Source of the DNA: Octopus vulgaris | Taxonomy: Eukaryota | Direction of reading: 5' to 3' | DNA length: 64,000 nt | Assembly (NCBI GenBank): GCA_951406725.2 | Contig: OX597830.1 | Location: forward strand, 60,388,001 to 60,452,000 | Part shown: piece after piece, positions 56,414 to 64,000 of the stretch | Layout: each line of letters begins with the position of its first letter | How positions within the stretch are numbered: position 1 is the first letter of the stretch | The notes under the pieces: generated by a model | Told to the model about the DNA's origin: nothing | The model's input: the letters and a program-made list of their open reading frames with translations, nothing else | The model's database searches: none | Translations under genes and position numbers: made by a program

Positions 56414-57281
56414 TACCATGATGCTTTGTCCACGCCACGCGTCTCTCTGCATGACAGATGCGTCTCTGTAACGTTCACTCCTCCTACACCACACCCTCAC
56501 TCTGCCATCCGAAGTGGAAACGCAGTATCAGCTCTCGCCAGCGAAGATTATCAATCTCCAATGTTGATGCCGCGCTGTGTGGCCCACTGCAGTCGTGCCC
56601 GACGGTGGAAGGCGGTGAGGAAAGGCCTTCAAGCAGGGTGATGGCAACACAGGTTGCTGGCGGTCAGTCGACGTCGTACCGAGCCGTCACTGATGGGTCG
56701 CTGTCCAGTGCCAATGGTATCGCGCGCTGTCACGCTGGCCGGTCTGAAGCGATCACGGAGGTGCTGCAGGTGGATGAAGCGGTCATTCCTGGGCGTGGTC
56801 ACCCGAGTCGCCCTCTGCGGGCACGGTGTGCAGTGCTGTTGGTATTGTTGTATCGCTGTTGCAGATGGTGCTGACATGAATATTGTAAGCTTTCGCAACA
56901 ACCAGGGCACGATGCCCTGCTTGCAATCGGTCGACAGTTTGTTCTCTCTGCGCTGCTGACAACCGGGTCATACTTCATGCGTCCAAATTACGAATGCCAG
57001 GAACTCAGTTCAAATTCATTTTTATACCCATAACCCTCTATCAGATGCACGTGCCTTTCGGTTTTCATGACAATTGTTTGTGACTGCCACCCACGGCATT
57101 CAACGCAGCTGCGTTTTGGCATCTCGTTTCAGAGTAAGTTGAAAGGCTACCTACAATTTGGGTCTCAGCCATAAACCAGCATGTCTTGGAATATTTACAC
57201 TTACATCCCTGAAATAAACATTCATAATTTACCATATAAAAATGACATTTGAAAAAATCACGTTTCTTTTGCGGTTCAGTG
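56414..57281 (-). mobile_element. Tc1-like transposon, 5' half (terminus and N-terminal transposase), frameshifted
   Basis: Terminus TA-CACTGAACCGCAAAAGAAACG; MTRLS..QREQ...RLQAG, RVTTPRNDRFI....LRDRFRPA, VRRRL, IFAGES..., SDGRVRVW.RR.ERY; truncated at (TACA)n. Confidence 0.88.
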
Positions 57282-57314
57282 TATGTATGTACATATGTAT
57301 ACATACATGATATA

Positions 57315-57437
<123 letters not shown>

Positions 57438-57479
57438 TGTTTGAAAACATAAGAACACAGTACGCTTGTGTCGCATCGC

Positions 57480-58453
57480 ATCTTTTGTACATTGAATGCA
57501 CCAAAAGATTAATGAAGGCTATGGGGATAGCAGCCCACACTGTTAAAACTTGCAGTGAGTTGTGCCGCAGTTATCGGCTTTGAACGGATGTCATTTAGCC
57601 TTCTTTGGATTTCGTCGCGCAGGTGCTCTATGGGGTTCAAGTCCGGACTTAGGGCAGGCAATGGCAGTGTCCGGATGTTGTGCTTTTGAAGAAAGTCTGT
57701 TGTCAACCTGGCAGTATGAGCACGGGCGTTGTCTTGTTGGAAAACGTGATTCCGATAACGAGCAAAGTATGGCATAATGTGAGGCCTCATCACTTGGTCG
57801 ATATAGAGAGCAGCAGTTACTCCATTGCCCCGGGATTGGTCGATGTTTTGGAAGACCACTGGTTCAAGTTTCTGGTTGAGTGCAATCCCGCCCCATACCA
57901 TAATGCTGTCCTTCTCATGAGTTTTCCTCTACCATACAGCCATCGGAATGACGTTCACCCTTGCTCTGTCACCTTCCACAGAAATGCAATGTCGACTTTC
58001 GTCACAGAAGACTGCAGTCCTCCACTACAGATATCGCCAGTTCTGATGTTTTTGAGCCCACTGCAGACGTGTCCGTAGACGGCGATCTGTGAGGATGGAT
58101 CATATAACCGGACGTCGACAAGACAGATTGAAAGATCTCAGCCGGCGGCAAACTGTCTTTGCACAAATGGGTCTGTGGTTAGTTGCGATGGTCTTCCTGG
58201 CTGATTCTGTTGCCCTCCGGAATCGGTCCTGCAAGTGCAGTCGGTACAGGTGGTAATCTTGACGTGCCGTTGTAATCCTCGGTCAACCATCGCGTGGACT
58301 ATCATCCGTACTGTTTGTGGCATTGCATCGTTCCCTCAGCCACTCACATGTCTGAATACTGCAGTTGAAGTCATTAGCAATGACCCATGAACGTTGACCA
58401 GCGTGGAGACTCTCGACAGCTTGCTCCCTCTAATTTCGTGCCAGTCTTGGCAT
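57480..58453 (-). mobile_element. Second Tc1-like transposase pseudogene (DD34E)
   Basis: MPRLARN*REQAV..LHAGQ; MVWGGI, FQQDNARAHTAR, LPALSPDLNPIEHL.DEIQRRL. Confidence 0.92.
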
Positions 58454-58480
58454 GCTTGCTGCGTTCGGGAAACGAATTAA

Positions 58481-58560
58481 TTCTTTATTAACCACTATGG
58501 GTCAAAATATAGAGGGGACAATACAAGACAGACAAACAATAGGGGGAGGGTCAAAAATAA
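58481..58560 (-). mobile_element. L1/Tx1-like 3' UTR end
   Basis: Minus strand ttgtttgtctgtcttgtattgtcccctctatattttgacccatagtggttAATAAAgaa; similar to 42419-42470 and to the SINE B tail. Confidence 0.55.
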
Positions 58561-59123
58561 AAAAAAAGCAAACGTAAAAACAGAAAAAAATGGAGTAATA
58601 GACACGGGGAACACCACCAACCAGGCATCGTCACTGAACCCTGTCCAGATTACAGTGTTTTTCCTTGGTAAAATGCAATTGAAACATGTAAAAGGTAAGC
58701 TTGGAACAACATTACAACAAATCCATACAAAAAAATCAAATAAAAAAGCCTTTCATGCTCTCTCTTGAAACATTCTTAAATTCACTGTCTATTACGTTTA
58801 ATACCTCAAACATACCGTTATCATTCATACTCATTTTTGAAGGGTTTGTAACACTTATTTTAAATTACTTTTTAATTTATTTTTAAAGTTCGTTTTTGTG
58901 TTTAGATGGAGGGGGTTTAACATATGCATTTATGTATCTGGGCTGGGGGGGGGGGGCGGGGGGGTGATGATGGACGTGATATTTCCTTTGTACACAGACT
59001 ATATCTATCTAGCGAACAAACTGTTGGACTCTTGTGTGTAACATATGTGAGTTTTGGATCGTCTATGCTTACTGTTTCAAGGCTCTCAGTATGTGCACTG
59101 TGGCTACTGATTTTTGAACACTT

Positions 59124-59780
59124 TTATGAGTGCGAGGAAGGGTGTCTTTTTCTTTCTTTTCTTTCTTTTTTCTCTTTTCCTCTGTCCATTCGTCGCCGCT
59201 TTCGGCAAGAGTTGACACAACTTATAGGACTTTCTTCTCTTTCTGGCTTCTTTATTATATTTTTAGATAACTTCTTTTCTTTCGGGATGTTCTCTTTTGC
59301 TAGGTTAGGCTGGTTGGTCAGTGGTACGTAGGTCGGTTTATCTTTTTCGACGCCAATTGGTTCTTCCGTTTGTACTGGTTTGCTGGATGGAGGGTGTTCC
59401 CCCGGCTGCATGCCCTGTAGGCAGTTAGCTTTTATGTGGCCCTTCTGTCTACACCCGAAGCACCTTGGGCTTCTACCCTCTACGGTAACCCTTATTTTTG
59501 TCTCATCCAACAATATAATAAATTATGAAATTTCTTCCAGATCTCTTTGGGTCGCCTGGATTATCAGTTCTGGTGTTGCGTTCTGGAAGTTGAAACGAGA
59601 CAGACCTCATCTTTCTGATTGAACAATAAGGATACTAACAGCCATCCATCGGTGAGTTCTGGAGGGATCCCCCCTATTTTAATTGTGGAGGTCCTTCTTC
59701 CGAGGTAAGTCGGAAGCAATATTAGTTCTTACAAAATTTAAAGTTTTCTTTCAGTATTCTTTTGCTTCTCTTTTTGGAAG
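59124..59780 (-). mobile_element. LINE ORF1 (gag-like, L1/Tx1 type) fragment with CCHC zinc knuckle
   Basis: IRVTVEGRSPRCFGCRQKGHIKANC (CX2CX4HX4C) followed by a low-complexity charged tail. Confidence 0.75.
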
Positions 59781-60448
59781 CGAACCTCACCGCGTTTCTT
59801 TTGTAGTTCAATATACACACACACAGACACAAACGCGCACGCACGCGCATATATACGCTTACACCCTCCCACCTATGCTATTCTAAACCTATTCACAATC
59901 CTCGTGTTCTATTAATATCTAATGCAGCATAGAACACATATTTTATCAGAAATTAGTAATGTTTTACCTAGAGCAATTCCGGAACTAAATCTAGTTTTGA
60001 ATAACACGTTTTCGCCATTAAAAACAGTGAATTGTAAATTTGTAACCAAATAAAAAGAACAGCGGCGACGACGACTGATGGAACATCTTTAGCTATTTAA
60101 TGCATCGATAGCACATAAACACATACATACATACATACATACATACACACATACATACGTACATACATAGAGACGGGCAAACAGACAGACATACTTATAC
60201 ACATATTCGTGCGTATGTGTAAGAGTCTGCGTGTGTACATATTAAGTCACACACACACATATAACTATACATACATTTGTGTTTGTGTATGTGTGTATGT
60301 ATATATGCATACTTACATATATACGCGCAGGTATATACATATATATATATAAATACATATATATGTATATACATATATATATATAAATACATATATATGT
60401 ATGTATATATATATATTATGTATATGTATATATGTATATATATATATT

Positions 60449-60480
<32 letters not shown>

Positions 60481-61367
60481 TATATACACATACATATATA
60501 TGTTTTTATATATGAATTCGCATACATGTATACATATGAATAAATAGAAAGAGAGACAGAGAGACAGAGAGACAGAGAGAGACAGAGACAGACAGACAGA
60601 CAGATAGACAGGCGGACAAATAGAACAGAAGAGAAAGGACTTGATATTTAAAAGTACACATAATTTTTGAAATTTTACTTAAATTTATATTTGCATCTAA
60701 ATGTTTGGTAATGTAAGTATAGGAAACCATAGATATACCTATCGATGTACCTACCCACCTACCGACATACATACATACATACATGCATGCATATATACAT
60801 ACACATATACATATACATACATGAATGCATACGTATATGCATACACTTGTGTGTAATCAGGAATGTGTTTTGTGTACATTAAAAATGAAAATGTAACAGG
60901 AAATCGTCACTGATGCTGCAAAACCTAAAACTGCGGCTTTAACTGGGGACAGAGGACGACTTAATAATATGTACTATGCCTTCGTTAATTATTTTAGGTG
61001 CCTGTGTAATTGCCAGTAGGCTTAGACGCATTCTCGGCTCCTCAACTTTGATTCGGAGAAAGAACCAGAATGTGACCAATGATAGGAGAGAGGACTGCAG
61101 CAGCTGGTACATTCTTTATCGATCTCGAAATCTCAAGGGAAATCTCCTCTACGCTTGAACTCAGAGAGAAGAGAACAGGAACAAATATTGCAACGTTATT
61201 TCATCTGACGTTCTTACCAATTTGACCAGCATTTCTGATGCAAAAGTCGTGTAGAAAAAACATAAACAGGGCTTATCCGGTATCTTTTTCCGCACTGCTA
61301 CGTGCTTTTTCTTCAGCATGAGGGCGCTTCACACAACTACCGTATATAAATATATACATATACATAC

Positions 61368-61445
<78 letters not shown>

Positions 61446-61606
61446 GCATACATGAGTGTGTATGTATATAAATATATATATACATATACGTGCACATATA
61501 TACACGCATACACATATATACATACATATATGCATACATACTTATATATACATACACACATACATATGTATATATATATATATACACACATACATGAGTG
61601 TGTACG

Positions 61607-61651
<45 letters not shown>

Positions 61652-61717
61652 GCACGCACGCGCATACACATATATACATATATACATACATACTTGTACA
61701 TACATACACACACACAT

Positions 61718-61801
<84 letters not shown>

Positions 61802-62319
61802 CATATATATATATACGTGCATGCAGATAAATACATGCAACCACATATACAAGTTGACACTTGAATCTTTTGTAAATGTGCACAGAGCCAATCGTGTCAA
61901 GTCCCTGCAGGTTACTTGTCTTTCAATATCACAAAGTGGACTGGAGAATAACGATACAGCGCTGCTGCTCATAACAATCGCACTAATTTTGATAGCTTGA
62001 TTCGTGATGGTTATTTTTATCAGTTCATTACGTCCATTTTACAAAGGGGGAAGAGGACCGATGGTGAGGTATCTTGCTTGTCCACTTTACAATTCTTATT
62101 TCTATGCTTTACACCCCCACCCCCAACATCTAAGCATAGCATCGGGGTCCTTTTGCGCAGATCCTTTGACGTTAAGACATCTTGATTGCCTTCCAGATGC
62201 CGATAGCATCAAGGCACTTGATTACACTAATTGCTTTCATCTCCTAGGAAATATCTTGAAGACATATCAATAACACGCTTGCCTCATCCTCGTCCTTATC
62301 GTAGACATTGTCATCGTCG

Positions 62320-62379
<60 letters not shown>

Positions 62380-62488
62380 CTATTATCAGAGCCCTTGTGG
62401 CTAACAATGAAAATATTAATATTGTTCTTATTGTCATTACTATTAGAGCTCTTGTGGGTAATAATGAAGTTATTGTTGTTATAGTTAT

Positions 62489-62560
<72 letters not shown>

Positions 62561-62844
62561 AAAAAGAAGAAGCAGCAGCGGCAGCGGCAGTAGCAGAAGT
62601 AGAAAAGGTATTCTATCAAGTTCATTGATGTAATCTTCCTGAAATTGTTATTAGATTTTAATGTAAAAGTCCAAATATATACGCAACATAGATTTACTAT
62701 CGAAGGATAATAGGCGCACATCTGTACACATGTTCCTATTTTTTAATACCGTTTAAATTTTCTTTTTCACGTGGCTTCATGTCAGTCCTCAAAATAATCA
62801 TCGTTCTTATGTTGCACCAGCCTTCGATATCCTTCTTGCATCAA

Positions 62845-63310
62845 TCATCATCATCATTGTTCGACCGTGGTCGAGACAATGGAATTTACCATGCTACGCC
62901 AGACTTCACGGTCCATCATGGCATTACAGAGGTCCTGTTGCTGGATGCCTGTATCCCTGGAGATTACATCAGGGTAGGAGAGTGTGCGCCCTCTGGTATC
63001 GCGAGTAGATGGCTTCCAGAGGAGAAGAGTAGAAATTGCCTTGTTTTCAGCTCTACAACAATATCCAGCAAACTGGACTCTCCTACTTTTCACAAGAGAT
63101 GACACAGGTGGTAGTTTCCCATATATTTGTATTCAAATCTTCAAAGCCACAGTCAAACCAATTCTACTATATGGCTCAGAAACCTGGACGTTATCAAAGA
63201 AGCTTGTGAGGCGGTTGGATGGAACTTACACTCGCCTCCTTATGAGAGCTCAAAATCTCTCGTGGAAGCGTCATCCAACCAAAATATAAATATATGGGAA
63301 ACTTGCACCA
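62845..63310 (-). mobile_element. RTE-like LINE 3' end with inverted 5' segment
   Basis: Minus 63130-62854: IYGKLPPVSSLVKSRRVQFAGYCCR...LLLWKP...GR...MMDREVWR. Plus 63131-63310: IFKATVKPILLYGSETWTL...LDGTYTRLLMRAQNLSWKRH..IYGKL. (TGA)n tail. Confidence 0.9.
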
Positions 63311-63826
63311 AATAATATCAGTAAAATATTTGGATACGTTCGTACTGCCCTTCACGTTACTTGTCATAGTCTTCTGAAATAACCAGCATATGGATTCTCA
63401 TTCCCATATTGATGAACACAATCAAGCATGATCTCATTTTGCTGTCTGCAATCTGAAGAACTTTTGCAAGAAATTGTTCAGTAACATATGATTGCAAGTT
63501 CTTAGATGAAATTCAGATATACTATACCACAAGTGAGCCTTTTACATCCATCTTCATGTGAAAATGCCTTCAACTACAGATGTAAATTTATTGCCTGGGT
63601 ATTTGAATCTTCTGCTAACTTTATTAAAAGATTTTACAATTCTCTTAAACTCTAACATCAAAGAGAGTTCCGTAAGATATTTTTTTAAATCATGGAAAAA
63701 CAAAGGCTGGTATGCATGGGCGACCGCTGTCTTCCATAAACAAACTTGCCAGGACTTGTGCCCTGCAGGGGAACTTTCTAGGTGCAATCCCATGATCATT
63801 CATGACCGAAGGGAGTCTTTACCCAA

Positions 63827-63865
<39 letters not shown>

Positions 63866-64000
63866 CTCGCACCACGATGTGAACTGCTATACTGCGATTT
63901 GCCAATCTTCCCCTCCTGATGAAGGAAGCCGGTTTACAGTAATGTCTATATGTATTCATCTACTGATTACATATCCATAGCGTTTTGCACACTCCATCTG

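Overview
AT-rich, microsatellite-saturated animal DNA with no recognisable intact host gene or exon, so probably intergenic or a large intron. The repeat landscape looks like an octopus/coleoid cephalopod genome (inference). The window is a mosaic of decayed mobile elements. Retroelements: R4/Dong-type RLE LINEs in (TAA)n, a Hero/NeSL-like RLE fragment, RTE-like and L1/Tx1-like LINE fragments, Penelope-like remnants, and about 25 copies of three tRNA-derived SINE families (here A, B, C). DNA elements: a Helitron, Tc1/mariner fossils and hAT MITEs. Most listed ORFs are microsatellite artefacts. Best leads: (1) a ~555-bp (TAA)n-targeted non-coding retroposon whose first ~118 nt look like a degenerate 5S rRNA (candidate SINE3); (2) (TA)n-embedded palindromes carrying minimal type-I hammerhead ribozyme motifs; (3) a twin-priming-type inversion in an RTE-like LINE; (4) a SINE tail shared with L1/Tx1-like LINE 3' ends; (5) a repeated 20-mer in unique DNA. 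All alignments were made by eye.
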